The notes: generated by a model from the sequence alone, not told the origin. 64,000 nt of DNA from Syntrophales bacterium (GCA_040767195.1 JAXGPA010000002.1:224001-288000), one strand, 5' to 3'. Positions 35,979 to 46,271 are shown, counted from the first letter of the stretch. Program-made: numbers and translations.

Positions 35979-38957
35979 TCAGAAGGCCAGGGGCTTCTGC
36001 CAGGTGTCGGTCAGCTCTTCGATACGCTCTTCGACGATCACGTTTCTTCCGAGACCCTTGATGCGAAACACCCCGTCGGCCATGACGGCGCCCACGGCGG
36101 CGAACGTGTTTCCTTCCAGGATTTTTTCAAACCCTTTCCGGTGACGGGGGGCGACGGTAACGACAAAACGGCTCTGGGACTCGGAAAACAGAAGATGGTC
36201 GTCCCGATCGATCCCCTCGGCGGGAATCCAGCTGAGGTCCACCGTCATGCCGAAGCCCCCCGCGAAGGCCGACTCGGCCAGGGCGACGGCGAGGCCCCCG
36301 TCGGAGCAGTCGTGGCAGGAGGCGACGAGGCCCGACCGGATGGCCGACGAAAGGGCCCGGTACAGCCGCCTGGCGCTTTCACCGTTTACTTTAGGCACTG
36401 AATTTCCGACTTTTCCATGGTGGGCATACCACTCCGACCCTCCCAGCTCGGGCCGGGTCATTCCCAGGACATAGACCATGTCCCCCGCTCTCTTGGCATC
36501 CATGGTTACGGTCTTTCTCACATCTTCCACCCGCCCGATGACGGAGAACAGGAGGGTGGGGGGAATGGATATTTTCGTCTCCCCGATGATGTAATCGTTC
36601 TTCATGCTGTCCTTCCCGGAGATGCACGGGACACCCAGGATCTTCGTGTAGTCATAGAGGGCCCGGTTGGCCCGGACGAGCTGGGCGAGCTTGTACCGGC
36701 CGTCGGGGGTCTTCTCGGACGCCACGGGGTCACACCAGCAGAAGTTGTCCAGGCCTGCCAGGTGGTCCAGGGTGGCGCCCACGGCGATGGCGTTCCGGAC
36801 GGCCTCGTCGATGGCCGCGGCGGCCATGTGATAGGTGTCGATGTCGCCGTACCGGGGGCAGATCCCGTGGGCCACCACCACCCCCTCCAGGGACTCGAGG
36901 ACCGGGCGGATGACGGCGCCGTCGGAGGGACCGTCATTGGCGGCCCCGACCAGGGGCTTGATGACGCTCCCGCCCTGGACCTCGTGGTCGTACTGGCGGA
37001 CCACCGATTCCTTGCTGCAGATGTTGAGCCGGGCGAGCATCTCCTTCAGGGCCCGGCCGTAATCCTCCGGCGGGGGGATCTCCGGTTCCTCGTGCCTCGG
37101 CGCCGTCCACCGGGCCTCCAGGCGCATCTGGGGCACCCCGTCGTGCAGAAAGCCCATGTCCAGGCAGGCCACGGTCCTTTCGCCGTAGCGGATGTGAAAT
37201 TTCCCCGTGTCGGTGAACCGGCCGAGGACGGTGGCCTCCACATCCATTTCTTCGGCCAGGTCGAGGAAAGTCTCTATTTTCTCCGGGGGAACGGCCAGGC
37301 TCATCCGTTCCTGGGCCTCGGAGATCAGGATTTCCCAGGGCATCAGGCCCGGATACTTGAGCGGGGCCTTCTCGAGATCCATCTCGCAGCCCCCGGACAG
37401 GGTGGCCATCTCCCCTACGGACGAGGATAGGCCGCCCGCCCCGTTGTCCGTGATGGCCCGGTAAAGACCCCGGTCCCGGGCGAGGAGAAGAAAGTCGGTC
37501 ATCTTCTTCTGGGTGATGGGGTCACCGATCTGGACGGCCGTGACGGGGGACCCTTCGTGAAGTTCTTCGGACGAGAAGGTGGCCCCGTGAATGCCGTCCT
37601 TGCCGATGCGGCCGCCCGTCATGACCACCAGGTCACCCGGTTCGATCTCCTTCACATGGCTCGGCTCCCCGAGGATCCGGGCGGGCATGATCCCCGCCGT
37701 CCCGCAGTAGACCAGCGGCTTTCCGAGGAACCGGTCGTCGAAGACGATGGACCCGTTCACCGTGGGGATGCCGCTCTTGTTGCCGCCGTGCTCCACCCCC
37801 TCCCGGACGCCTTCGTAGATCCGCCGGGGGTGGAGAATCCGCGGGGGAAGGGGCCTGTCGTAATAGGGCGACGCAAAACAGAACACGTCGGTGTTGAAGA
37901 TGAGCCGCGCCCCCTTGCCCGTGCCGAAGGGGTCCCGGTTCACCCCGACGATCCCCGTCAGGGCCCCGCCGTAGGGGTCCAGGGCGGACGGCGAGTTGTG
38001 GGTTTCCACCTTGAAGACCAGGTTGTACCGGTCGTTGAAACGGATCACCCCGGCGTTGTCCACGAAGACGGAAAGGCAGAAATCATCCTCCCCTTTCGCC
38101 TCCCGGATCTCCCGGGTCGACCCCTTGATGCAGGTCTTGAAAAGAGAGTCGATGATCTCCCGTGTTCCCTGCTCATCCTCGTAGGTGATCAGGCTGTTGA
38201 AGATCTTGTGCTTGCAGTGCTCCGACCAGGTCTGGGCGAGGACCTCGAGCTCCACGTCGGTGATTTTCGCGCCCAGGCCCGCTTCCGTCCTTTTCTTCAG
38301 GACCGCCGGGTCCTTCAGGTAACGCTGGATCACCTTCATCTCTTCCACGGTCAGGGCGAGGACCCGGGAGGCGCTGATCTTCCCGAGGGCCTCGTCGGAA
38401 ACGTCCAGGTCGATTTCCTCCACCACCGGGTCCTCTTCGATGTGGACCTTTGGAACATAGGGTGTTATGCCTTTCCGGGAATCCCAGGTGCGGCCGTCGT
38501 GGATTTCGTAATGCTGGATGAGATCGTTCGCCAGGAGCCCCGAGGCGATTTTTTCCGCGTCGTCTTTCGTCATGTCGCCGTTGAAGAGATACTGCCGGGA
38601 CGTGAAGACCTGGAGGGACCGTCCGCCTGGCGTTCCGAAGAGGAGACCCAGGGCTTCCCCCGCTGTCCGGCCCACGTTGTCCGTCACCCCCGGCCGGAAT
38701 CCCACCTCGATGAGCCAGTCGAAATCGGAGGACAGGGGGCGGTCAACGGCAAAATCCTGGATGACGGGATCGGAAAGGGGCCCCCGGGCGGCTTTTTCCA
38801 GGTCCGCCGGGGAGAGGTCCCCCTCGATGGTGTAAACCTCCACCGTCCGGACCTGCTGGACCTGGATGCCCAGGTTCTCGGTGATCTTTTTCCCGGTCTT
38901 CTCACCGAGGGCATCCCGGACGCCTTCCCTGAAACCGACTTCGATACGATGTACCAT
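35979..38957 (-). CDS. purL: FGAM synthase synthetase subunit with PurS-like N-terminal extension
   Basis: 'QTWSEHCKHK', 'KVETHNSPS', 'DNGAGG', 'SEAQERM', 'QYDHEV', 'SGKDS'; start placed at ATG 38957. Confidence 0.95.
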   Translation of the reverse strand: MVHRIEVGFREGVRDALGEKTGKKITENLGIQVQQVRTVEVYTIEGDLSPADLEKAARGPLSDPVIQDFAVDRPLSSDFDWLIEVGFRPGVTDNVGRTAGEALGLLFGTPGGRSLQVFTSRQYLFNGDMTKDDAEKIASGLLANDLIQHYEIHDGRTWDSRKGITPYVPKVHIEEDPVVEEIDLDVSDEALGKISASRVLALTVEEMKVIQRYLKDPAVLKKRTEAGLGAKITDVELEVLAQTWSEHCKHKIFNSLITYEDEQGTREIIDSLFKTCIKGSTREIREAKGEDDFCLSVFVDNAGVIRFNDRYNLVFKVETHNSPSALDPYGGALTGIVGVNRDPFGTGKGARLIFNTDVFCFASPYYDRPLPPRILHPRRIYEGVREGVEHGGNKSGIPTVNGSIVFDDRFLGKPLVYCGTAGIMPARILGEPSHVKEIEPGDLVVMTGGRIGKDGIHGATFSSEELHEGSPVTAVQIGDPITQKKMTDFLLLARDRGLYRAITDNGAGGLSSSVGEMATLSGGCEMDLEKAPLKYPGLMPWEILISEAQERMSLAVPPEKIETFLDLAEEMDVEATVLGRFTDTGKFHIRYGERTVACLDMGFLHDGVPQMRLEARWTAPRHEEPEIPPPEDYGRALKEMLARLNICSKESVVRQYDHEVQGGSVIKPLVGAANDGPSDGAVIRPVLESLEGVVVAHGICPRYGDIDTYHMAAAAIDEAVRNAIAVGATLDHLAGLDNFCWCDPVASEKTPDGRYKLAQLVRANRALYDYTKILGVPCISGKDSMKNDYIIGETKISIPPTLLFSVIGRVEDVRKTVTMDAKRAGDMVYVLGMTRPELGGSEWYAHHGKVGNSVPKVNGESARRLYRALSSAIRSGLVASCHDCSDGGLAVALAESAFAGGFGMTVDLSWIPAEGIDRDDHLLFSESQSRFVVTVAPRHRKGFEKILEGNTFAAVGAVMADGVFRIKGLGRNVIVEERIEELTDTWQKPLAF

Positions 38958-39023
38958 GGGTTTTTTCGGCCTTTCTTCCCCTGATCTCGACACTCTCGAA
39001 TACGTCTGAAAACGGCCTGTTCC

Positions 39024-39151
39024 TGACGGTCCGCCGAACAGCCCCGGAAGGCCCGGCGCCCCGAATCGGGGAAACGGATCCTTCGCCCCGCAAGCTCCCC
39101 GTGACAGGAAACGGCAGGCAAGGCCACGCAGGGACTTTTACGAACCGGTCA
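39024..39151. repeat. Degenerate copy of the palindromic MITE/REP-like element
   Basis: TGACGGT...GGACTTTTACGAACCGGTCA; same length and internal order as the 39194-39319 copy. Confidence 0.5.
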
Positions 39152-39193
39152 TTCTTGAAGAACTCGTAAAAACTCGAAAAATCTTCAGTTACC

Positions 39194-39319
39194 GACGGCT
39201 TTGTAAAAAGATCCAGAGGCAAGGCGCCCAAATCCCGAGGAATGAGACGTACTTATTGGTACGTCGCAATGACGAGGGATGAAGGGCAACGCAGCATATG
39301 GACTTTTTACAAAGTCGTC
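39194..39319. mobile_element. 126-bp palindromic MITE/REP-like element
   Basis: 17-bp terminal inverted repeats GACGGCTTTGTAAAAAG / CTTTTTACAAAGTCGTC (1 mismatch); central hairpin GACGTAC-ttattg-GTACGTC. Confidence 0.75.
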
Positions 39320-40709
39320 ACTCTTCCGAACCGGATTTGCGAAGGCTGTACCGGATCATCTTGAGCTGGAGCCCTTTCCGGCTCAAGCCGAGCTGCTGGG
39401 CCGCCCGGCTCACGTTTCCCCCGCATTCCTCGAGGACCCGGACGATCATGTCCTTCTCGATTTCCTCCGTCCTTTTCCGGAGCACCTCCTTGAAGCTCCC
39501 GGGGCCCTCCAGGGCCGGTGGTTGTTCGTGAAACCGCCTCTCGGCAAAGCGGACCTCCTGGGGAAGGTCCTCTTCGGTGATCACGTCCCCCTTGGCAAAG
39601 AGGACAAGGCGTTCCAGGAGGTTCTCCAGCTCCCGGATATTTCCGGGCCAGTCGCAGCGGTTCACGAAAATGTCCCGGACGGAAGGGGACACGGCCCGGA
39701 CGTTTCGGCCCAGTTTGGCGTTGAATTTCCCGATGAAGTGTTCCACCAAAGCCTCGATGTCCTCCTTCCGCTCCCGAAGGGGGGGCAGGTGGATGGGCAC
39801 CACGTTGAGCCGGTAAAAAAGATCCTCCCGGAACTTGCCGTCTTTCACGGCCTGGGACAGGTTTCGGTTCGTCGCCGCGATGAGGCGGACATCCACCCGG
39901 ATCGTCCGGAGCCCGCCCACCCGCTCGAACTCCTGGTCCTGGATGACCCGGAGGAGCTTGACCTGCATGTCCTTGGGGAGATCCCCCACCTCGTCGAGAA
40001 AGAGCGTTCCCTGGTGGGCCAGCTCGAACCGGCCCGGTTTGCGGTGGACCGCCCCGGTGAAGGCGCCTTTTTCGTAGCCGAAAAGTTCGCTTTCCAGGAG
40101 GGTCTCCGCGATGGCGGCGCAATTGATCTTGATGAAAGGCTCATCCATTCTCGGGCTGTTCCGGTGTATGGCCTGGGCGATGAGCTCTTTCCCCGTTCCC
40201 GTCTCGCCGGTGATCAGGATGGTCGTCGTGGTCCTGGCGACCTTGGCGATGACATCGTAGATCCGGAGCATCTCCGCGCTGGTCCCGATGATGTTCAGAT
40301 GCTCGATGTCCCCACCCTCGGGAATGATCTCGGCCTCGGAAAGGATTCGTGTCCGCCACGCTTTCTGGATCACGTTCAGCAGGTCTTCCCGGTCGAAGGG
40401 TTTCGTGACGTAGTCGAAGGCCCCTTTTTTCAGGGCTTCAACGGCCGTGGAAACGGTGCCGTGGGCGGTGATGATGATGACGGGGATGCCGGGCCAGGCG
40501 TCCGTCACCCGGTCCAGGAGACCGAGCCCGTCGAGACCCGGCATTTTCAGGTCCGTCACGACGACGGCGATGTCCTCGTCCTTCTCGAGGACCTGGAGGG
40601 CCTCCAGCCCGTCCGCCGCCTTGAGGACGGAAAACCCCTCCTTCCGGAGCATGGCTTCCAGAACGAGGAGCATGTTGATTTCATCATCGACGATGAGGAT
40701 TTTTTTCAT
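39318..40709 (-). CDS. Sigma54-dependent response regulator (NtrC/AtoC family)
   Basis: REC 'ILIVDDE...TDLKMP', 'GETGTGKE', 'ESELFGYEKGAFTGA', 'FLDEVG', Fis HTH; start placed at ATG 40709. Confidence 0.95.
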   Translation of the reverse strand: MKKILIVDDEINMLLVLEAMLRKEGFSVLKAADGLEALQVLEKDEDIAVVVTDLKMPGLDGLGLLDRVTDAWPGIPVIIITAHGTVSTAVEALKKGAFDYVTKPFDREDLLNVIQKAWRTRILSEAEIIPEGGDIEHLNIIGTSAEMLRIYDVIAKVARTTTTILITGETGTGKELIAQAIHRNSPRMDEPFIKINCAAIAETLLESELFGYEKGAFTGAVHRKPGRFELAHQGTLFLDEVGDLPKDMQVKLLRVIQDQEFERVGGLRTIRVDVRLIAATNRNLSQAVKDGKFREDLFYRLNVVPIHLPPLRERKEDIEALVEHFIGKFNAKLGRNVRAVSPSVRDIFVNRCDWPGNIRELENLLERLVLFAKGDVITEEDLPQEVRFAERRFHEQPPALEGPGSFKEVLRKRTEEIEKDMIVRVLEECGGNVSRAAQQLGLSRKGLQLKMIRYSLRKSGSEE

Positions 40710-40831
40710 GCCGCGGTGGGGTGGCCGTTCACACGGGTCCGTGTATTTTTTGTCGCCCCTCACCCTATTATGGGAAGAAAGGGCTGTCAAGGGGATTCCG
40801 CCCGAGACCTCGCCGGGAGATGGACAGGGGA

Positions 40832-42340
40832 TCACAGGCGAACCCGAAAAGCCGTTCCCTTTCCCCGTTCCGTTTCCACCAGGATCTCGCCGCCGTTGTT
40901 CCGAACGATCCGCTCACAGATGGAAAGGCCGAGTCCCGTCCCCCCCCTCTTGGTGGTGAAGAAAGGCTTGAAGATGTCCGCCATGGCTTCTTCGGGGATC
41001 CCTTCCCCGGTGTCCCTGACGATGAGTTCGACGGATTCCTTCTTCCCCGTCCTGGAGCGCGCCGTTTCGAAGGTGAGTTCACCCCCCCGGGGCATGGCGT
41101 CCAGGGCGTTCAACCCCAGGTTGAGGAGCACCTGGATCATCTGTTCGCCGTCCACTCGAGCGGTTGGAAGGCCCTCGTCGAGTTCCGTGCGGATCGTCAC
41201 CCCCCGGGGCAGGCCCATGGTTTTGAGGAGGGAAACGACCTTTTCCACGATCCCGTTCAGGTTCTGCTTTTCCGGCCGGCCCGACTGGGGCCGGGCGTAG
41301 TTGAGGAACTGGGACACGACGGTGTTCAGGCGGTTCGTCTCCTCGACGATGACATCCAGGAGTTTCCGGCTCTCGCCGGCGTCGGCGTCGAGACGGAGAT
41401 ACTCGGCGGCCCCCTTGATGGATCCCAGGGGGTTCCGGATTTCATGGGCCAGCCCCGTGGCCATCTCTTCGAGGAGAAGGGCCCGCTCCCGCTCGATGTC
41501 CTCCAGGCGGAAGGAGCGGAAGATTTTTTTCCCCGCCGGGAAGAAACGCCGCAGAAGCCGCCGGAGAAGACCCCGGACGGGATTCATGAAAACGACGACA
41601 AGCCAGGCCAGGGCGAACACGGCGGGAAGAGGGATCGGGGACACGTTTCCCGAGAGGAAGGTGACCCCGTAATAGACGGTCATGACGAAGATCATGAGCC
41701 CGAAAGAGTAAAAAACCCGAAGGATGGCCTCGTTGAGCGCCGGAAGGCGGGGGTGGCGGAGGGAGAGGTACAGGAGATAAAGAAGAACCGCCTCCACGAG
41801 ATCGGAGAGGTGAAGGACGTCCTGCCGGCCCCGGAGGAGCCCCGTGTCAACGACGGTGAGCACAAAGGCGAGGGTGGCGACGGCGAGAAGGTAGGCCGCC
41901 TTCTTCTTTTCCACGGAGGGGACGTCACTGCGGATATAGACCAGAAGAGCCGCCAGGCAAAGGAGAAAAACGATTCCCCCGTAGCCCTGGTAAATGAGGA
42001 ACAGGTGGGGCCACCGTTCAGGGGGCAGGACAAGAAAGAGAAGCAGAAAAAGACTGATCCCCGCTGAAAGGAGGATTTCACGGTAGGAGATGAAGGTGCG
42101 TCCCCTGAGGTAGGCGCGGGTGAGAAAAAGCACCGAGGGCGGCAGGGTCAGGGTCGCGGCGGACCAAGCGGTTTTCCAGGCCGTCAGGGGGAAGACGCCG
42201 TCCAGGATGAGGCTCGTTTTCTGAACGAAAACGGCGACACAGACCAGGATAAAAGCGCTGACGAGCCGGTCCCTCTTTCCCTCGAAAAGGAGAAGGACGG
42301 CAAAAGAGAGGCTTGCCAGCGCGACGATAAGACGTTCCAT
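40832..42340 (-). CDS. Membrane-bound sensor histidine kinase
   Basis: About 7 N-terminal TMs; 'LAHEIRNPL', 'QVLLNLGLNA', 'DTGEG', 'FFTTK..GTGLGL'. Confidence 0.92.
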   Translation of the reverse strand: MERLIVALASLSFAVLLLFEGKRDRLVSAFILVCVAVFVQKTSLILDGVFPLTAWKTAWSAATLTLPPSVLFLTRAYLRGRTFISYREILLSAGISLFLLLFLVLPPERWPHLFLIYQGYGGIVFLLCLAALLVYIRSDVPSVEKKKAAYLLAVATLAFVLTVVDTGLLRGRQDVLHLSDLVEAVLLYLLYLSLRHPRLPALNEAILRVFYSFGLMIFVMTVYYGVTFLSGNVSPIPLPAVFALAWLVVVFMNPVRGLLRRLLRRFFPAGKKIFRSFRLEDIERERALLLEEMATGLAHEIRNPLGSIKGAAEYLRLDADAGESRKLLDVIVEETNRLNTVVSQFLNYARPQSGRPEKQNLNGIVEKVVSLLKTMGLPRGVTIRTELDEGLPTARVDGEQMIQVLLNLGLNALDAMPRGGELTFETARSRTGKKESVELIVRDTGEGIPEEAMADIFKPFFTTKRGGTGLGLSICERIVRNNGGEILVETERGKGTAFRVRL

Positions 42341-42391
42341 CAAGGGTGTCCCTTTTCCCTGCCTGTCTCTTCGTATTCCTTGCCCGGCAAA

Positions 42392-43741
42392 TCAGGAAAG
42401 GGCCTTCCGGACGGCCTGGGAGATTTTCCGGCAGTGACGGATGGTTTCCTCCTCCGTCGGGGCCTCCACCATGACCCGGCAAAGATTCTGGGTGCCCGAG
42501 TACCGGACGAGGACCCGTCCCCTTTCTCCCAGTTTCCGCTCCGCTTCACGGATCGCCGTCATGACGGCGGGAACGGTCTCGAGCTCCGGTTTCTCCCGGA
42601 CCTCGACGTTTACGAGCCTCTGGGGATAGACGGTCATGACGGCGGCCAGCCGCGACAGGGCGCTTTTCTCCCGGACTATGACGGCGGCCAGCTGAAGGGC
42701 CGTGACGATCCCGTCACCCGTGGTCTGGTGGTTCAGGAAAATGAGATGGCCCGAATCCTCGCCCCCCAGGATGGCACCGGTGGCCCGCATCCTTTCCAGG
42801 ACGTACCGGTCTCCCACGTCGGCGATTTCCACGTCGATGCCCATTTCTTTCATGGCCCGGTGAAAGCCGAGGTTGCTCATGACGGTGCTCACGACCCGGT
42901 TGTTCCAGAGAACGCCCTCTTCCTTCATGCGCCGGGCACAGATAGCCATCATGGGGTCCCCGGTGACGATGTTTCCCTTTTCGTCCACGGCGATGCATCG
43001 GTCGCCGTCCCCGTCAAAGGCGAAACCGGCATGGGCCTTTTCCCGGATCACCCGGGCCGCCAGGTGGGCCGTGTGCTGGGAGCCGCAGCCGTCGTTGATG
43101 TTGACGCCGTTCGGTTCCGCGAAGAGGGTGACCACCGTGGCACCGAGCTCGGAAAAGGCCTCCGGCGCCACCCGGGACGTCGCCCCGTTGGAACAGTCGA
43201 GAACGACCCGCAGGCCTTCCAGGGTGAGGGCCTTGGGAAAGGTGCTCTTTAGAAAAACGATGTACCGGCCCCGGGCGTCCTTGATGTAGGAGATCTTCCC
43301 CACGTCGGCGGGCAATGTCGCCAGGTTTTCCGGGTCGTCGGAAAGGATCCGTTTTTCTATTTCTTCTTCCGTTTCATCGGGAAGCTTGAAGCCCCCGCCG
43401 GAAAAAATCTTTATTCCGTTGTCCCTGTAGGGGTTGTGGGAAGCGGAAACGACGATGCCCGCGTCGGCCCGCATGCTCCCCGTGAGGAAGGCGATGCCGG
43501 GCGTCGGAAGGACCCCGACCCGAAGAACATCGGCCCCCATGGAGCAGATCCCCGAAACGAGGGCGCTCTCGATCATGTCGCCGGAGAGCCGGGTATCCTT
43601 CCCCACGACGATCCGGGTGTTGTGGCCTTTCCGCTTGAACAGGCGGGCCGTGGCCCGGCCGACCCGGAGGGCCATCTCCGCCGTCATGGGGTATTCGTTG
43701 GCCCTGCCGCGGATGCCGTCGGTACCGAAGAGCTTTCCCAT
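42392..43741 (-). CDS. glmM: Phosphoglucosamine mutase
   Basis: 'LFGTDGIRG', 'GKDTRLSG', 'SASHNP', 'DGDGDR', 'VRYSGT'; start placed at ATG 43741. Confidence 0.95.
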   Translation of the reverse strand: MGKLFGTDGIRGRANEYPMTAEMALRVGRATARLFKRKGHNTRIVVGKDTRLSGDMIESALVSGICSMGADVLRVGVLPTPGIAFLTGSMRADAGIVVSASHNPYRDNGIKIFSGGGFKLPDETEEEIEKRILSDDPENLATLPADVGKISYIKDARGRYIVFLKSTFPKALTLEGLRVVLDCSNGATSRVAPEAFSELGATVVTLFAEPNGVNINDGCGSQHTAHLAARVIREKAHAGFAFDGDGDRCIAVDEKGNIVTGDPMMAICARRMKEEGVLWNNRVVSTVMSNLGFHRAMKEMGIDVEIADVGDRYVLERMRATGAILGGEDSGHLIFLNHQTTGDGIVTALQLAAVIVREKSALSRLAAVMTVYPQRLVNVEVREKPELETVPAVMTAIREAERKLGERGRVLVRYSGTQNLCRVMVEAPTEEETIRHCRKISQAVRKALS

Positions 43742-43986
43742 ATGAACCTTTCTTCGAGAGCGGGCAGGCTCCCGAACTCGGCATGGATTCATCTGCAATG
43801 TGCAATGGGAGGGTTTTTATCCCATTTGGTCCCCTTTTGCAATCCCGGCCTGCGTAATCGTTTTCCCGATGCGAAGGGGAATACCCTGAAAATTGTATGT
43901 CCCGGTCCTGGAAAACCACCCAGCAGGGAACAATATATATTAATGAAATCATATAGATGTAATATATAAACGAAACAGGGGCTCTC

Positions 43987-44002
43987 TGGCATAATATCTG
44001 CT
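43987..44002 (+). promoter_or_regulatory. Putative sigma54 promoter of the fab cluster
   Basis: TGGCATAATATCTGCT has exact GG-N10-GC spacing, 40 bp before fabD, preceded by a very AT-rich tract (43931-43970). Confidence 0.65.
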
Positions 44003-44041
44003 CTCTCATGAAACGCCGCAAAAAGATTAAGAGGTGTCTTC

Positions 44042-44986
44042 TTGAACAATTCGAATATCGCCGTTGTTTTCCCAGGCCAGGGGGTCCAGCGGGCCGGCAT
44101 GGGGAAGGATTTTTTCGACCATATCCCGGAAAGCCGGCGGGTCTTCGAGGAAGCATCGGATGCTCTCGGGTGGGACGCGGCCGCCCTGTGCTTCGGGGAA
44201 GACAAGCGGCTCGACCTGACGGAATACGCCCAGCCCTGCATCCTGGCGACGGAAATCGCCATGCTCCGCGGCATCGAGAGCCGCTTCGATTTCAGGCCCC
44301 GATGGTTCGGCGGTCACAGCCTCGGCGAGTACACGGCCCTCATCGCCGCCGGCGCCCTGCCTTTTGCGGAGACTGTTAAAATCGTGCACACCCGGGGCCA
44401 TCTCATGCAGGAAGCGGCCCCCCTGGGAACGGGAACCATGGCGGCGGTCATCTCTCCCCGCCTGGACCTCGGCGTGGTGGAGCGGGCCATTGGGAATCTT
44501 CCCATCGATGTGGCCAACGACAACTCGGCCCAGCAGGCGGTCATCAGCGGGGACAGGAGGGCCATGCCCGAGGCGGAGGAACGGCTTGCCGGAGCACTGG
44601 CGGGAGAGGGGTTTTTCCGTTTCGTGACCCTCAACGTGAGCGCCCCCTTTCACAGCCGCTTCATGGCCACCATCCAGGATGTTTTCCGGGAAGCCCTGGA
44701 ATTTCTCCGGCGGTTCCTTTCGCCCGCCAACGCGGGCACCGTCACGTCCAACTTCACCGGGCACTTCCACTCGGAAAACATGAACCGGATCATCGAACAT
44801 CTCACCCTGCAGCTGAGCCACACCGTCCGGTGGCGGGACAACATGAAGACCCTGGCGGAAAGGGCTGAAACGATTTATGAAATCGGCCCCGGCCGGCCTC
44901 TCCGGGACTTCTTCCGGACCCTCGATCTGGCCTGCCAGTCCGTGACCACCCTGTCCTCGGCGGAGAGACTTTTCAGAGCGAATTGA
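44042..44986 (+). CDS. fabD: Malonyl-CoA:ACP transacylase
   Basis: 'FPGQG', 'GHSLGEY', 'VSAPFHS'; TTG start after GAGG. Confidence 0.93.
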   Translation: MNNSNIAVVFPGQGVQRAGMGKDFFDHIPESRRVFEEASDALGWDAAALCFGEDKRLDLTEYAQPCILATEIAMLRGIESRFDFRPRWFGGHSLGEYTALIAAGALPFAETVKIVHTRGHLMQEAAPLGTGTMAAVISPRLDLGVVERAIGNLPIDVANDNSAQQAVISGDRRAMPEAEERLAGALAGEGFFRFVTLNVSAPFHSRFMATIQDVFREALEFLRRFLSPANAGTVTSNFTGHFHSENMNRIIEHLTLQLSHTVRWRDNMKTLAERAETIYEIGPGRPLRDFFRTLDLACQSVTTLSSAERLFRAN

Positions 44987-45058
44987 TCCCCTGCGCACAT
45001 CCCGCGGTCATCCCCTCTCCCCCCGGGGCGGGGAATTTTTTTGGTAAAGGACTCGACC

Positions 45059-46258
45059 ATGAATTTTGAATTGTCGGAAGAGCAGAAAACTTACACGGAA
45101 ACGGTTGGGAAGTTCGTCCGAAAGGAGATCCTCCCGGATGTGCTGGCCCTTGAACAGGCCCACGGGTTCCCGTGGGCCGTCGTCACGAAAGCCTGGGAGC
45201 TCGGATTTCTCAATCTTTCCGTCCCCGAATCCGTCCGGGGGTACGCCGTCGACGCCGTCTCCACGGCCCTCATTGTCCGGGAGCTTTCCTACGGCGACAC
45301 GGGCATCTCCACCTCCGCCATGTGCAACGACCTGGCCAACGTGGTCATCGCCCGGCACGGCACCCCGGAACAGCGGGAACGGTTCCTCCGCCCCTTCGTG
45401 GACGCCCCCCTCCTGGCTTCCTTCTGCCTCACCGAACCGGGTGCGGGCTCGGACAACGCGGCCATGACCACCTTCATCCAGAAGAAGGAAGGCGGCCGGT
45501 ACGTCCTGAACGGCGAAAAGTGCTTCATCACCAACGGGTCCTTCGCCTCCCAGTTCACCGTTTTCTGCAAGGTGGGGAACCCGAAGGGCCTCATGATGGC
45601 CTGCGTCATCGTCCCCCAGGACATCGTGTCCCGGGGGGAGACGGTGGAACACCCCAACGGGTCCCGGGAGATCCGCCTTCCCGGCGGCGGGACGATCCGC
45701 ACGGGGAAACCGGAAGACAAGCTCGGACAGAAGCTCTCCAACACCGCCACGGTGACCTTCGAGGACGTTCCCGTCGACGACGGCCAGATCATCGGCGACC
45801 GCAGGAGAGGCTTCCAGTACGTCGTGGACGTCCTGGATTTCGCCAGGCCCATGGTGGCCGCCATCGGCGTGGGCCTCGCCCGGCGGGCCTTCGATGTCAC
45901 CCTGGACTATACCCGGACCAGGAAACAATTCGGGCAGAGGATCTGCGACCTCCCCGTCGCCCGGGACATGCTCGTCAAGATGTGGAAAAAGGTCGCGCTT
46001 TCCGAGCTGGCCCTCATGCAGGCGGCGTGGAAGGTGGAAACGGGCGCGGAGGACCGGGGAATCTACGCCTCCCTGGCGAAGAACGCCGCCGCCGAGGCCG
46101 CCCTTTTCTGCGCCAACGAGGGACTCCATCTTCACGGCGGCTACGGGTTCATGTCCGAGTACGAGATTTCCAAGCTGGCCCGGGACGCCCACATCATCGA
46201 CATCTACGAGGGCGTCCGGGAGGTCCAGGACATGATCATCGGCCGGGAAATCGTTTAG
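45059..46258 (+). CDS. Acyl-CoA dehydrogenase family protein
   Basis: 'FCLTEPGAGSD', 'LNGEKCFITNG', 'RKQFG', 'HGGYGF', 'IYEG'. Confidence 0.92.
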   Translation: MNFELSEEQKTYTETVGKFVRKEILPDVLALEQAHGFPWAVVTKAWELGFLNLSVPESVRGYAVDAVSTALIVRELSYGDTGISTSAMCNDLANVVIARHGTPEQRERFLRPFVDAPLLASFCLTEPGAGSDNAAMTTFIQKKEGGRYVLNGEKCFITNGSFASQFTVFCKVGNPKGLMMACVIVPQDIVSRGETVEHPNGSREIRLPGGGTIRTGKPEDKLGQKLSNTATVTFEDVPVDDGQIIGDRRRGFQYVVDVLDFARPMVAAIGVGLARRAFDVTLDYTRTRKQFGQRICDLPVARDMLVKMWKKVALSELALMQAAWKVETGAEDRGIYASLAKNAAAEAALFCANEGLHLHGGYGFMSEYEISKLARDAHIIDIYEGVREVQDMIIGREIV

Positions 46259-46271
46259 GGGACGGCGGATC

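Noticed and set aside
39279..41300. 673-aa plus-strand ORF, and similar long antisense ORFs at 13877-15769, 33380-34807, 37557-38984 and 49134-50885
   Set aside because: Antisense shadows of well-supported genes, expected in GC-rich DNA; no recognisable motifs
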